A stretch of 64,000 nt of DNA from Candidatus Woesearchaeota archaeon. Lineage in GTDB: Archaea; Nanobdellota; Nanobdellia; Woesearchaeales; GW2011-AR4. The notes below the pieces were generated by a model, which did no database searches, was not told where the DNA came from, and saw only the letters and a list, made by a program, of their open reading frames with translations. Location: the NCBI GenBank assembly GCA_016181305.1, contig JACOZN010000001.1:3025-67024 (forward strand). Reading direction: 5' to 3'. Position numbers and translations under genes: made by a program. Below are positions 26,353 through 36,046 of the stretch, piece by piece (position 1 is the first letter of the stretch; every line of letters begins with the position of its first letter).

Positions 26353-26925
26353 CTAATGCTCAAAACTCTGTCCGCAGCCGCATGAGCTGTGGGCATTCGG
26401 ATTGCTTATCTTGAAGCCGCCGCCCTGCAGGCTGTCAACATAGTCAAGCTTCGCGCCTTTTAAGAATGCCATGTTTTCCTTGCTTACTATTATCCTGACT
26501 CCCTTTTCCTCAAACACAATGTCCAGGTCAGTAGTATTCTCGTCAAGCTCCAGGCCGTACTGGAAGCCCGAGCATCCGCCCGGCACAATTTCAACCCTTA
26601 ATCCGGAGCCTTCCTTGTTGTTTTCCTTCAGAACTTCCTTAAGCTTTTCAGCTGCCTTGTTTGTGATTATAAATTCCTTGCCTTCCTCAAGCTTTGAATC
26701 TCCGATGGCTTTGTTTATGTTGGTTATGACAATATCAACTTCTTCATCGCTCATGCCGTGCCCTTTAAAGCCCTGCTCCAGTGTTTCATGATAAGACACA
26801 TGGCACCCAACGCAATGGACTCCTGCAGCCTGCAAAGGCTCTATGCTGGCAGGATATTTTGCCACAACATCGCCTATTGTCATGTCCTTTGTCACGATAT
26901 GCTTTACTTCTGCCTTTTGCTCCAT
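26353..26925 (-). CDS. Fusion of a DUF1858-type redox-disulfide domain with a HesB/IscA Fe-S cluster carrier
   Basis: The N-terminus MTIGDVVAKYPASIEPLQAAGVHCVGCHVS is DUF1858-like. The C-terminus has GCSGFQY...NPNAHSSCGCGQSF (IscA Cys triad). Confidence 0.75.
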   Translation of the reverse strand: MEQKAEVKHIVTKDMTIGDVVAKYPASIEPLQAAGVHCVGCHVSYHETLEQGFKGHGMSDEEVDIVITNINKAIGDSKLEEGKEFIITNKAAEKLKEVLKENNKEGSGLRVEIVPGGCSGFQYGLELDENTTDLDIVFEEKGVRIIVSKENMAFLKGAKLDYVDSLQGGGFKISNPNAHSSCGCGQSFEH

Positions 26926-27023
26926 GTTAATCTTAACTATTGTTAACTGATTTAGTATTTAAATGTTTCCCATTCCTGAAAATACCAGAAAATTATAATT
27001 ACTTTTGTAGTAATATGCTTTTT

Positions 27024-27215
27024 GTAGTGCCTAATATAATAGTCTAAAATAGTGCCTAGAATAAGAAATACAATTATAGTAATGCCTAATAAAATATAAT
27101 TAATAAATCAGTTACGTATATTTTCCAATGTAGTGCCTAAAATTTATATCCAAAAAATGCCTAAAATATTGATAAATCCTGAATTAACAAACCTTTAAAT
27201 ATAAGTAGTGCCTAA
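27024..27215 (+). repeat. Six same-orientation copies of an 11-bp motif (gtagtgcctaa and variants) in a divergent promoter region
   Basis: Copies start at 27024, 27050, 27079, 27130, 27154 and 27205, with spacings of 26, 29, 51, 24 and 51 nt. The last copy lies between the TATA box (27194-27201) and the ATG at 27224. Confidence 0.7.
27194..27201 (+). promoter_or_regulatory. TATA box (tttaaata) 23 nt upstream of the ATG at 27224
   Basis: Same octamer and spacing as at 6956 and 55249. Confidence 0.55.
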
Positions 27216-27223
27216 ATAAATCC

Positions 27224-27379
27224 ATGGTATTCATAAGAGTCAAGAAAATCAGCAATAACTACTACTATTACCTTGTCAAAAGCATAAGAATCAATGGCAA
27301 GATAAGGCAAAAAGTCGTCAGGTACATAGGCAAGTCAAAGAATTTAGTTTCTATGATTGAAAATGCTCAGAAAAAATAG
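27224..27379 (+). CDS. Small basic protein (51 aa), possible DNA-binding autoregulator
   Basis: MVFIRVKKISNNYYYYLVKSIRINGKIRQKVVRYIGKSKNLVSMIENAQKK. Below the ORF-track cutoff, positioned for a leaderless start, Lys/Arg-rich with a beta-hairpin-like pattern. Confidence 0.4.
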   Translation: MVFIRVKKISNNYYYYLVKSIRINGKIRQKVVRYIGKSKNLVSMIENAQKK

Positions 27380-28976
27380 GGTAGAAAAGAGTCTGAAAAG
27401 CTACATAAGGGGGCATTTAAAGAGTGGATACTCTCGGCATTCTGTAAGGAAAGTCCTAGTCAGTCACGGCTACGACGAGCCGTATGTTGACAAGCTGCTA
27501 AGGAAGCATTCAGAACTGCAATTTGTCAGGAAATACGCAATTTTTGTCTCATTATTGTTTATAGTTTCACTTGTTTTGTTTAACTCATTTAGTCCAATCC
27601 AAATTAGCAGCCAAGAAATCACAGGCTATGCTGTGAGCAGCGGCAATGACGGGTGCTGCACTTCAATATGCCAGCAGACTTCAAAGGAGGAATGCTACGG
27701 CACCTTCATGCCGGGCCAAAAATGCAAAGAACTGGAAGCCTGCAGGGTTGGGTGCTGCATCGACAGGGAGGGATACTGCCTGACAAACTACCTTTACGGG
27801 AACTGCATCGGCAGCTTTGGGACAAGCGTCAACAGGGACTGCAGCGACATAGTTTTTTGCAGGAACCTGACTGACAAGTCATACGCCTCAAGGATTTATA
27901 ACCTTAAAGGCAAGAAGGGGGCTGGTATTTCTGCAGGGCAGCAGGCTGACTATTACAAGTCTTCCTTCAGCATAAAATATTACCTTTATGACAAATCCAA
28001 TGTCCAGTCTGTTATTGCCGAGATTGTTGACAAAGGCACAATCATTGACTCCATTGCGCTTTACGATGACGGCTTCCACAATGACGGCGCAAAAAATGAC
28101 AATCTTTACGGCAATAACTGGCTTAGCTCCAAGCTGAATGACTTTGAAGGGTTCAAAAGCCTTGACATTGACATAGTGATAGTCTACAATGACGGCACAA
28201 CCGCAAAAATAAGCAAAGCACAGTCCATAGTCATAGTCGGCAAAAGCAGGTGCCTTCCGATATACGCCGAATGGGGCAATGCCAGTAAATACGGCATGAT
28301 TTTTGCAGCAGATAACTACAACTCAAGCAGCGGCTACGGGCAGCTGGAGTCAGATGCAAACAGCTTCATTGGCGCGTTGTTCTCGACTGGCGGATTTTCA
28401 GGCAGCAAGGCTGATTTCAGTTTTTACAGGCTCGAGGAGGCGCTGTCATACCTCAATGCGCAAGCCATAGCCAGCATTGCCTCAAGCTCATGCCCGTATT
28501 ACAGCAATACAAAGGACTTGATTGTCGTGCTGGACCCAAAAGAAGAATATTGCGTATATGGGAATAAAAAGATAATCAGGACAAACCCAAGTGTTTTGTT
28601 CTACAGCAATATAACAAGCGCCGATATAAACAGGACTTTGGATGAATTTTGCGGCTATGTACTTACCCCAAAAAAACTTGCAGACGGGATTATAGGGTTT
28701 GCAACCCCGCCAAAAATAGTAATGCACACTTTAGACAGCATTACATACAATACAACCGCAGTAAACCTGTCATTCAGCATCTCGTCAGTTAATTACCCTG
28801 TGAATTACTCGATATTCCTTGAAGATTTGCCAGTGTCAGGCGGGATTTTCAACACAGATTCAGATGGCAGCATTTTGCTGAGCCTTTCAAACGGCACAAA
28901 CCGGGTCTTAGTCAGCTCTGCTGATAAAAACAATAACATAGCATTTGCGCAGCTTTTGCTGAACGTCACTGCATAA
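27363..28976 (+). CDS. Type II membrane protein: cytoplasmic GY module, TM, Cys-rich stalk and a large extracellular domain
   Basis: SYIRGHLKSGYSRHSVRKVLVSHGYDEPYVDKLL, then a TM helix, then a Cys-rich segment (CCTSICQQTSKEECYG...CRVGCC) and about 400 aa of beta-rich sequence. Confidence 0.5.
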   Translation: MLRKNRVEKSLKSYIRGHLKSGYSRHSVRKVLVSHGYDEPYVDKLLRKHSELQFVRKYAIFVSLLFIVSLVLFNSFSPIQISSQEITGYAVSSGNDGCCTSICQQTSKEECYGTFMPGQKCKELEACRVGCCIDREGYCLTNYLYGNCIGSFGTSVNRDCSDIVFCRNLTDKSYASRIYNLKGKKGAGISAGQQADYYKSSFSIKYYLYDKSNVQSVIAEIVDKGTIIDSIALYDDGFHNDGAKNDNLYGNNWLSSKLNDFEGFKSLDIDIVIVYNDGTTAKISKAQSIVIVGKSRCLPIYAEWGNASKYGMIFAADNYNSSSGYGQLESDANSFIGALFSTGGFSGSKADFSFYRLEEALSYLNAQAIASIASSSCPYYSNTKDLIVVLDPKEEYCVYGNKKIIRTNPSVLFYSNITSADINRTLDEFCGYVLTPKKLADGIIGFATPPKIVMHTLDSITYNTTAVNLSFSISSVNYPVNYSIFLEDLPVSGGIFNTDSDGSILLSLSNGTNRVLVSSADKNNNIAFAQLLLNVTA

Positions 28977-28977
28977 A

Positions 28978-29793
28978 ATGAAACAGGCAAAAATAATACT
29001 GTATATGGCATTGATGATGATGGCGGTTAATGCAGCAAGCGCCGAGAAGTACTTTGTGCTTGATGTCAACCATATTCTCGGCTCTGTCACTTTCAATAAA
29101 ATAAGCCTCAAGGACGCCGGCGGTGCAGTAAGATACGCGGACACTTCCGGGTTTCTTATCAAGTCAGTCTCGTTCAAAAATGAGGACATAGACAAAATAT
29201 ATTTTGGCATGGCTGAAAACAAAAACTACCTTATTTATGTCCCGTACAGCAAGGACGCGGCAAGGATAGAGGTTTACAACCTTAAGAACTCCAAGATAAT
29301 GGACATAGACGTAAGCTCTTTTGCAGACACATGCGGCAATTCAGTTTGCGAAGAGCATGAATCATATGAAAGCTGCACAAAAGACTGCAGTTCCGGAGGC
29401 GGGGATGATTTTTGTGACAGTGTTGCAGATGGCATTTGTGATCCTGACTGCTCTCCCAAGACAGACGCTGATTGCGCTGAAAAAGAAGCAGGGGAGGCAT
29501 CCGAAAAACAGGCAATCCCAAAAACAGGTGAAGGGGCAAAAGTAAGGCAATTAACAGAAGCAGAGAAGGAGCAGTCAAATTACCTGTGGATTTTGCTGGC
29601 CTTATTTATCATCATCATTGCTTTGATATTTTTCCTAATCAAAAAAAGAAAGGAAAGCAAAATCATCGAGTCGCTGAGGGGGTACATAAGCGAGAACATA
29701 AGAAGGGGATTTACACTGCAGCAGATAAAGGACGCATTGTTCAGGGAAGGCTACAAGGAAAAGGAGATCGACAGGGCTGTTAGGGCTATCTAA
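28978..29793 (+). CDS. Secreted/type I membrane protein with an Asp/Cys-rich segment, TM and a C-terminal GY module
   Basis: Signal peptide, then CGNSVCEEHESYESCTKDCSSGGGDDFCDSVADGICDPDCSPKTDADC, a TM helix, and a cytoplasmic tail LRGYISENIRRGFTLQQIKDALFREGYKEKEIDRAV. Confidence 0.5.
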   Translation: MKQAKIILYMALMMMAVNAASAEKYFVLDVNHILGSVTFNKISLKDAGGAVRYADTSGFLIKSVSFKNEDIDKIYFGMAENKNYLIYVPYSKDAARIEVYNLKNSKIMDIDVSSFADTCGNSVCEEHESYESCTKDCSSGGGDDFCDSVADGICDPDCSPKTDADCAEKEAGEASEKQAIPKTGEGAKVRQLTEAEKEQSNYLWILLALFIIIIALIFFLIKKRKESKIIESLRGYISENIRRGFTLQQIKDALFREGYKEKEIDRAVRAI

Positions 29794-31873
29794 CCCCCGC
29801 CCCATCCTTGGCTTTCTCAACTTTTACAATTTCCTTGCCTGTTTTCAGCTCCTTGCCTTCAAAATAAACCCTGCTGTTCTTTACTTCGATCTTGAGCTTT
29901 GCAAACTCATCATAAGTAACCTGTGCAGTTGAATTCTCATAGCCATCAAAATAAACTTTATCTCCCGGGTTGCTTTCTGCAGCAGTCAGCAAGCCAATAT
30001 GCTCTCCGTCATCGCCTGCAAGCAGCATGCCCTGGCTTTCAATGCCCCTTAATTTGGCGTATTTCAAATTAGCAATAACAATTATTTTCTTGTTTTTTAA
30101 CTCGTCAATCGAGTAATGCCCCCTTATGCCGGCAACAAGCTGCCTTTTTTCATTCCCAATGTCAATGTCAAGCACGTAAAGCTTGTCAGCATTCGGGTGT
30201 TCTTTCACGCTTAATATTTTTGCAACTTTAAGGTTAAGCGGAAACACATTTTTTTGCTCCTGCTTTCCTTCAGTCTTTTTTATCAGTATCTCCTCTTTGC
30301 CGGTTTTATGGTCTCTCAGGCCAAAATCAATGCCATTCCATTTTAAATTTTTCAGATTTAGCTGATTCTGCAGTCTTAATGAAAAATCAGGAAGTATCGG
30401 GGAAATCAATACGCTCAAATTTTTTACAATATTGGCGCACAACCCCAGAATCCTGTGTGTTTTTTCCCTGTTTTCATTTATCAGCTTCCACGGCTCGTTT
30501 TCCTGGAAGTATTTGTTGCCCAAAGAAGAGATATGCAGAATGTCTTTTACAGCTTCATTAAAATTCAATGCATAATAATCTTTTTCAATGTTTTTTATTT
30601 TTTGGCTTACCTCATTGATTAATTCTTTATTGTTGTCAATATCAATAATCTGCCCTTCAAAATTCTTGTTCAGGAAATTCAATACCCTGTAGCAGAAATT
30701 ACCTATATTGGCAGCCAGCTCGTTGTTTGTTTTCTTGTTCAAGTCCTCGAAACTCAAGTCTATGTCAGACATTGTTTTGCTCAGCATGCTTGCATAGTAA
30801 AACCTAAGGTATTCTCCATTATGGCTTTGCAGAAATTCCCTTGCCGTGAAGAAAGTGCCTCTTGACTTTGACATCTTCTCGCCGTTCACAGTTAGAAATC
30901 CGTGCACGACAATGTCGTAAGGCAGCTCAAAATCCGCGCCCATCAGCATTGCAGGCCAAAAAAGAAAATGGAAGTAAGTGATGTCCTTGCCGATGAAATG
31001 GTAAATCCTTGAATTTTTGCTGTTCCAGTAATCCTCTGTCTTCAAGCCATGCTTTTTGCAGTAATTGTCGGTGCTCGCAATGTAGCCAATTGGCGCGTCA
31101 AGCCATACATAGTAATACTTATCTTCCTCGCCTGGAATTTTGAAGCCAAAATATGGGCCGTCTCTGCTTATGTTCCAGTCGTCCAGTCCATTTTTTATCC
31201 AGTTCAGGACAAAATGCCTGATTTCAGGCTGCAGGTTCTTGTTTTTGTTCAGCCATTTTTCCAGCTTGCCTGAAAATTTGCTAAGCCTGAAGAAATAATG
31301 TGTTGAGCTTTTCCTTACAGGCTTGTTCTTGCATATCACGCAGTAAGGCTCAATCAAGTCAATTGTCTTGTAAGCAGCATTGCAGTTTTCGCAGACATCT
31401 CCATACTGGTCAGGGGCATTGCATTTCGGGCATTTTCCCTTCACATACCTGTCGGGCAATGTTCTTTTGCAGAAATTGCAGTATGTAACTTCAATGTCCT
31501 TTGTGTAGATTAAATTTTTTTCCTTTAATTTATTGAATATCAAGTCGCTGTAATGCTTGTTTTCAGGGCTGTCTGTCGTGTAGTAGTTGTCAAAGCTTAT
31601 CAAGAAATCCTTAAAATCCTGGACATGCTCATTGTAGAATTTTTCAATTAACTCTTCAGGCTTTATTCCAAGCTCTGTTGCCTTGATTTCTATAGGAGCG
31701 CCGTGGGAATCATCTGCGCAGGCGTAAATGACATCTTCTCCAATCAGCCTTAGAAATCTTACAAATATGTCTGTTTGTATGTATTCAACCAGATGACCAA
31801 GATGTATAGGACCGTTCGCATACGGCAATGCGCTTGTTACAAGTATTTTGTGTTTTGTTTTGAATTTTAACAC
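29786..31873 (-). CDS. metG: Methionyl-tRNA synthetase with a C-terminal EMAP/Trbp111-like tRNA-binding domain
   Basis: HIGH motif (PIHLGHLVEY), KMSKS motif, a Zn knuckle (CPKCNAPDQYGDVCENC), and a C-terminal VAKILSVKEHPNADKLYVLDIDIG. Confidence 0.95.
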   Translation of the reverse strand: MLKFKTKHKILVTSALPYANGPIHLGHLVEYIQTDIFVRFLRLIGEDVIYACADDSHGAPIEIKATELGIKPEELIEKFYNEHVQDFKDFLISFDNYYTTDSPENKHYSDLIFNKLKEKNLIYTKDIEVTYCNFCKRTLPDRYVKGKCPKCNAPDQYGDVCENCNAAYKTIDLIEPYCVICKNKPVRKSSTHYFFRLSKFSGKLEKWLNKNKNLQPEIRHFVLNWIKNGLDDWNISRDGPYFGFKIPGEEDKYYYVWLDAPIGYIASTDNYCKKHGLKTEDYWNSKNSRIYHFIGKDITYFHFLFWPAMLMGADFELPYDIVVHGFLTVNGEKMSKSRGTFFTAREFLQSHNGEYLRFYYASMLSKTMSDIDLSFEDLNKKTNNELAANIGNFCYRVLNFLNKNFEGQIIDIDNNKELINEVSQKIKNIEKDYYALNFNEAVKDILHISSLGNKYFQENEPWKLINENREKTHRILGLCANIVKNLSVLISPILPDFSLRLQNQLNLKNLKWNGIDFGLRDHKTGKEEILIKKTEGKQEQKNVFPLNLKVAKILSVKEHPNADKLYVLDIDIGNEKRQLVAGIRGHYSIDELKNKKIIVIANLKYAKLRGIESQGMLLAGDDGEHIGLLTAAESNPGDKVYFDGYENSTAQVTYDEFAKLKIEVKNSRVYFEGKELKTGKEIVKVEKAKDGAGVR

Positions 31874-31968
31874 CCAATATAACGAATTTAATTATTGTAT
31901 AAAAAGGTTGTTGTTTTTGTTTGGTTATACAAAAACTTTATATACTTCGCAATATATAATCCATTTTA

Positions 31969-32472
31969 ATGGAGAACAAGAAGCTTGGTTTTGTAATCTT
32001 GTCATTCAGCATTTTGGCAGGGGTTCTTGCGTATGGGTTTATGGGTGTTTTGGGCAGGCAGACAACTGCATTGCAGTGCTACCCTACAAGCGAGTGCCAT
32101 AGGGTTGAGTCATTGATGGGCCTGAGCCATGTTGCAGTGGGATTGATTTCTTTCATCGCGGCTTTGGGAATATACCTTTTGTTTTTCAGCACAAGCGAGG
32201 AAGCCATTTTGAAAAGATTGGAGGAAGAAAAAAACACCAAGATTGAGCAGGACAAGTTCGAGCTTGTATTGAAGGCGATGGACGACAATGAAAGAAAAGT
32301 GCTGAAAGCCATCAAGGAGCAGGATGGCATCACTCAATCAACATTGAAGTACAGGACAGACCTGTCAAAGGCAAAAGTCAGCCAGATTTTGACAGATTTT
32401 GAGAAAAAGCGCCTTGTCAAGAGGGAAGCAAAAGGAAAAACTTATTCTGTTTATCTGGCGGAAAATTTTTAG
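31969..32472 (+). CDS. Membrane-anchored winged-helix regulator (paralog of 3907-4410)
   Basis: Same length (167 aa) and architecture: TM, loop with CYPTSEC, TM, then NERKVLKAIKEQDGITQSTLKYRTDLSKAKVSQILTDFEKKRLVKREAKG. Confidence 0.6.
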   Translation: MENKKLGFVILSFSILAGVLAYGFMGVLGRQTTALQCYPTSECHRVESLMGLSHVAVGLISFIAALGIYLLFFSTSEEAILKRLEEEKNTKIEQDKFELVLKAMDDNERKVLKAIKEQDGITQSTLKYRTDLSKAKVSQILTDFEKKRLVKREAKGKTYSVYLAENF

Positions 32473-32517
32473 CGAAAACTATTTAAATCAGCCGTTTACC
32501 AAGCAAAAGGTTGCACA

Positions 32518-33234
32518 ATGAAGCTGAACAAATTATTGACAAGAAAAGGCATTTTGTTCCTTGTGATTTTCAGCGTTCTTGTTTTCATAGGAGACAAAAT
32601 AAACTTCTCAAGGCTTGTCGGAGCTGAAAACCAGTTCTTCACCCTGTTCCAGTTTTTCGGGCCTGTTGCAGGCGCTTTTCTTGGCCCGGTTGTAGGAGTT
32701 TTGGCTGTGCTAATCGCTGAGGTATCTAGTTACCTTGTTGCTGGAAAAACTCTTGTTTGGAGTTATCCTTTAATGATTAATATTTTAAGATTGCTTCCAA
32801 TGCTTTTTGCGGCATGGTACTTTGGCACCAAGAAGAACAAGCTGAGCTTCTTTGTTCCAGTGGCAGCTATCCTGCTATTCATAGCGCATCCTGTCGGCAG
32901 GCAGGTTTGGTTTTTTGCCTTGTTTTGGACAATACCCATTGTAATCAAGCTGCTCCCGAAGAAATATGGTGACAAGCTGTTTTTAAGAAGTTTAGGAGCT
33001 ACTTTCACAGCCCATGCAGTCGGAGGCGCAATGTGGAATTATATTGTGCCAATGACGCCTCAGGCTTGGACTGCATTAATACCTGTTGTTATTTACGAAA
33101 GATTATTATTTGCAGGCGGTATTGCAATTTCATTCATTGCCTTAAGTACTTTGCTGGACAGGCTCGATTCAAAGACAAAATCAGAATACATCAATATTGA
33201 TAAGAAATATATTTTATTCAGGCATGATGCTTAA
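32518..33234 (+). CDS. Polytopic membrane protein, unknown function
   Basis: 238 aa, about 6 TM helices. No confident family. Confidence 0.4.
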   Translation: MKLNKLLTRKGILFLVIFSVLVFIGDKINFSRLVGAENQFFTLFQFFGPVAGAFLGPVVGVLAVLIAEVSSYLVAGKTLVWSYPLMINILRLLPMLFAAWYFGTKKNKLSFFVPVAAILLFIAHPVGRQVWFFALFWTIPIVIKLLPKKYGDKLFLRSLGATFTAHAVGGAMWNYIVPMTPQAWTALIPVVIYERLLFAGGIAISFIALSTLLDRLDSKTKSEYINIDKKYILFRHDA

Positions 33235-33255
33235 TAAAAATCAAGGGGTGGTTTT

Positions 33256-33684
33256 GTGGACAAGCTGGATTTAGGAATAATAGGGATTTTGTCAAAAAAC
33301 TCGAGAACTCCGTTCATGGAGATGGGCAGGAAGCTGAAGGTTTCCGAGTCAACGATAAGGAAGAGGGTTTCTAACCTTGAGAATGAAAGCATAATCAAGA
33401 AATATTCCCTTGTTGTTGACACAAACAAGATTGGGTTTGAGAATGTTGCTTTGATAGGCATTGATGTCGTGCCTGAAAAATACCTTGATGTGGCAAAGAA
33501 GCTCACAGAGCTTGATGAGGTTAAGTTTGCCGCCTCTTCTACTGGCGACCATATGTTCATGCTTGAGGTGTGGACAAGGAACGGAGAAGAATTAAGGGCG
33601 CTTTCTAACAAGCTGAAAGGGCTTGATGGCATTACAAGGATATGCCCTGCCATAATAAAGGAGACTTTGAAAGGGACTTTATAG
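33256..33684 (+). CDS. Lrp/AsnC-family transcription regulator (GTG start)
   Basis: The HTH is LDLGIIGILSKNSRTPFMEMGRKLKVSESTIRKRVSNLE, followed by a C-terminal RAM/ACT-like domain. Confidence 0.85.
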   Translation: MDKLDLGIIGILSKNSRTPFMEMGRKLKVSESTIRKRVSNLENESIIKKYSLVVDTNKIGFENVALIGIDVVPEKYLDVAKKLTELDEVKFAASSTGDHMFMLEVWTRNGEELRALSNKLKGLDGITRICPAIIKETLKGTL

Positions 33685-33793
33685 TATTATTCTAGTCTAT
33701 ACGAATTTCGCACTATTCTAAACGTATACAGGAAAGCCTCTAGAAAGCTTTAAATACAAGCATAATTAACAATTGTTAAGTTTAGGTGGTTTT

Positions 33794-33979
33794 ATGGGAA
33801 TTGATGGTGGTGATTTGGGGACAGTGGCTGGTGCTGTGATTGGTGGTGGTTTAATTGCAGTAGCAGGAGGCGGTTTAGGGGCAGTGATAGCAGGAAGCAC
33901 ATTGGGTGCCGTTGGTGGCCATCATGTAGCAGAACCCAATCATTACAAACCAATATACCAAAATAACCAGTATAAATAA
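33794..33979 (+). CDS. Small glycine-zipper membrane protein
   Basis: GxxxG-rich hydrophobic stretch GAVIGGGLIAVAGGGLGAVIAGSTLGAVGG. Lies immediately upstream of the FTR1 permease. Confidence 0.4.
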   Translation: MGIDGGDLGTVAGAVIGGGLIAVAGGGLGAVIAGSTLGAVGGHHVAEPNHYKPIYQNNQYK

Positions 33980-33987
33980 GAAATAAA

Positions 33988-34809
33988 ATGCTTGAATCAT
34001 TTTTAATCACATCAAGGGAAACACTGGAGGCAAGCCTTGTTGTTGGAATAGTTCTTGCTTACTTAAACAGGACCAATAACCAAAGTTACAGGAAAACTGT
34101 TTACTACGGCATTGTTTTTGGGATTCTTGCAAGCATTTTGTCTGCCTTTATCTTCATGTTCTTTGCAGGCGGCTTTGAGGGCAGGGCAGAGCAGATTTTT
34201 GAAGGCACAACCATGATTATAGGCTCATTTTTGCTTACAACCATGATTTTGTGGATGATGAGGCAGAGGCACATTGCAAAAGAGATAGAGGGCAGGGTTG
34301 AAAGGCACTTGATGAGTTCTGAGCCATTGTTTTCCCACCTTGGAATTTTCATGCTTATCTTCATCGCAATAATAAGGGAAGGAGTTGAGACTGTTATTTT
34401 CCTCAATGCCATAAATTATGCAAGCGGAATCAATTTAATTGGAGGCACGCTTGGAATTGTTGCGGCAATAGCCATTGGCTACTTATTTTTTGTCGGCATT
34501 AAAAATATCAACCTAAAGAAAGTATTCGGCGTCAGCAGCATTTTATTAATATTGTTTGCAGCGGGATTGGTTGCACATGGCATTCACGAGTTTGAAGAAG
34601 CTGGAATTGTAAGCGGCATAATTGCTCCATTGTTTGACATTAATTTCATCTTGAACGAGAAAGGAATTGTTGGAAGCTTCCTGAAGGGATTGTTTGGCTA
34701 CAACGGAAACCCAAGCCTGCTTGAAGTTATTGCTTATGTTGCTTATTTAGGTGTAATATTTTATTTGTACAAGAGGATTGAGAGTTCTAGGGTGAAGGCG
34801 AGTGCTTAA
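33988..34809 (+). CDS. FTR1/EfeU-family high-affinity iron permease
   Basis: Two RExxE motifs: SRETLEASL and [11 protein letters not shown]. 7 TM helices. Confidence 0.8.
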   Translation: MLESFLITSRETLEASLVVGIVLAYLNRTNNQSYRKTVYYGIVFGILASILSAFIFMFFAGGFEGRAEQIFEGTTMIIGSFLLTTMILWMMRQRHIAKEIEGRVERHLMSSEPLFSHLGIFMLIFIAIIREGVETVIFLNAINYASGINLIGGTLGIVAAIAIGYLFFVGIKNINLKKVFGVSSILLILFAAGLVAHGIHEFEEAGIVSGIIAPLFDINFILNEKGIVGSFLKGLFGYNGNPSLLEVIAYVAYLGVIFYLYKRIESSRVKASA

Positions 34810-34850
34810 CTTGCACAAACTATAAAAACCCTCTAAAATATCATTTCTCA

Positions 34851-35135
34851 ATGAAAAACTTGCTGTGGTATTTAGTAGCAGGCACAAAAGGAGGCGAAAC
34901 CCGAGCCAGAATTATTGATTTTCTGAGAAAAAAGCCTTCTAATGCCAACAAAATAGCAGAAATTTTGAAGCTTGACTACAAAACCATAAGGCACCACATT
35001 GAAGTTCTTGAAAAAAACAATATTATAACCGCAATTAACAAAGGAAATTACGGCGCTGTCTATTTCTTGTCGGAGTTCATGCAGGCAAACATAAAGCTTT
35101 TTGATGAAATTTGGGCTCAATTTGGGAAAAAGTAA
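34851..35135 (+). CDS. ArsR-family winged-helix regulator
   Basis: [42 protein letters not shown]. Confidence 0.75.
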   Translation: MKNLLWYLVAGTKGGETRARIIDFLRKKPSNANKIAEILKLDYKTIRHHIEVLEKNNIITAINKGNYGAVYFLSEFMQANIKLFDEIWAQFGKK

Positions 35136-35162
35136 ATAAATAACTTCTGTTTTTGAATCTTT

Positions 35163-35447
35163 ATGGCAATGCTAATGAATCTTACAACTATCCTCACTGC
35201 AGTTTCAGCTTTGGCTTTGGGTGGCTTGCTTCACATATACATAAAAAACCTCAGAAACATAAAATCGAAATTCACAATCGGCTTGCTTATTTTTGCAGTG
35301 CTGTTTTTGGCTCAAAGCTTGGTGTCTTTATATTATTACCTTACAATGATGGACTATTACTCGCCCGAAGTTGAAGTTCATGTCTTTATTTTGACTTTGC
35401 TGCAGACAGCGGCGTTTTTGGTATTGCTGAAAATAAGCTGGGAATAA
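35163..35447 (+). CDS. Small membrane protein (3 TM)
   Basis: Hydrophobic 94-aa ORF lying between the ArsR and thioredoxin genes. Confidence 0.35.
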   Translation: MAMLMNLTTILTAVSALALGGLLHIYIKNLRNIKSKFTIGLLIFAVLFLAQSLVSLYYYLTMMDYYSPEVEVHVFILTLLQTAAFLVLLKISWE

Positions 35448-35456
35448 TGTGGAAAA

Positions 35457-36023
35457 ATGAAAATAATATATTTAATTGGGCTATTGGCAATTTTTAGCAT
35501 TGTTGTATTTGGATGCGCACAAACTTCTGAAATAAGCATGATGGAAAACAAAGACACATCCATGGAAAAAGATTTGATAATGGAGGAAGAAGTTGAAACA
35601 ATGGGCAAGGAAGGAAAAGTAACGGAAAAAGAGGAAGCAATGATGGATAAGTCCGGCTATACAGGAAAAGTGCTTGCAGGAACTACATCAAAATACCTTG
35701 ACTTCAACAAAGCTGATTATGACAAGGCATTAAAAGAGAAAAAGAAAATCTTATTATACTTTTATGCAAGCTGGTGCCCCACATGCAGGGCAGAGCAGCC
35801 AGAGACATTTGCGGCTTTCAATGAGTTAAACGACCCTGATTTGATTGGATTCAGGGTTAATTACCGTGATGGCGATGATGATGCTGATGAAAAGGCACTG
35901 GCTCAGCAATTTGGGGTTAGCTACCAGCACACAAAGGTAATATTAAAAGACGGGCAAAGAATATTGAAGGCTCCTGATTCATGGGACAAGCAGAGATATC
36001 TGGAGGAGCTAATAAAAATTTAG
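35457..36023 (+). CDS. Exported thioredoxin-fold protein, candidate lipoprotein
   Basis: WCPTC active site. The signal peptide ends in VVFGC, which is lipobox-like. Confidence 0.75.
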   Translation: MKIIYLIGLLAIFSIVVFGCAQTSEISMMENKDTSMEKDLIMEEEVETMGKEGKVTEKEEAMMDKSGYTGKVLAGTTSKYLDFNKADYDKALKEKKKILLYFYASWCPTCRAEQPETFAAFNELNDPDLIGFRVNYRDGDDDADEKALAQQFGVSYQHTKVILKDGQRILKAPDSWDKQRYLEELIKI

Positions 36024-36046
36024 ATTAAATAAAAACCCGAATTAAA

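Noticed and set aside
27006-27215. The repeat array read as a CRISPR.
   Set aside because: The repeat unit is only 11 bp, the spacers are 13-40 nt of AT-rich promoter sequence with irregular lengths, and no cas genes are nearby.
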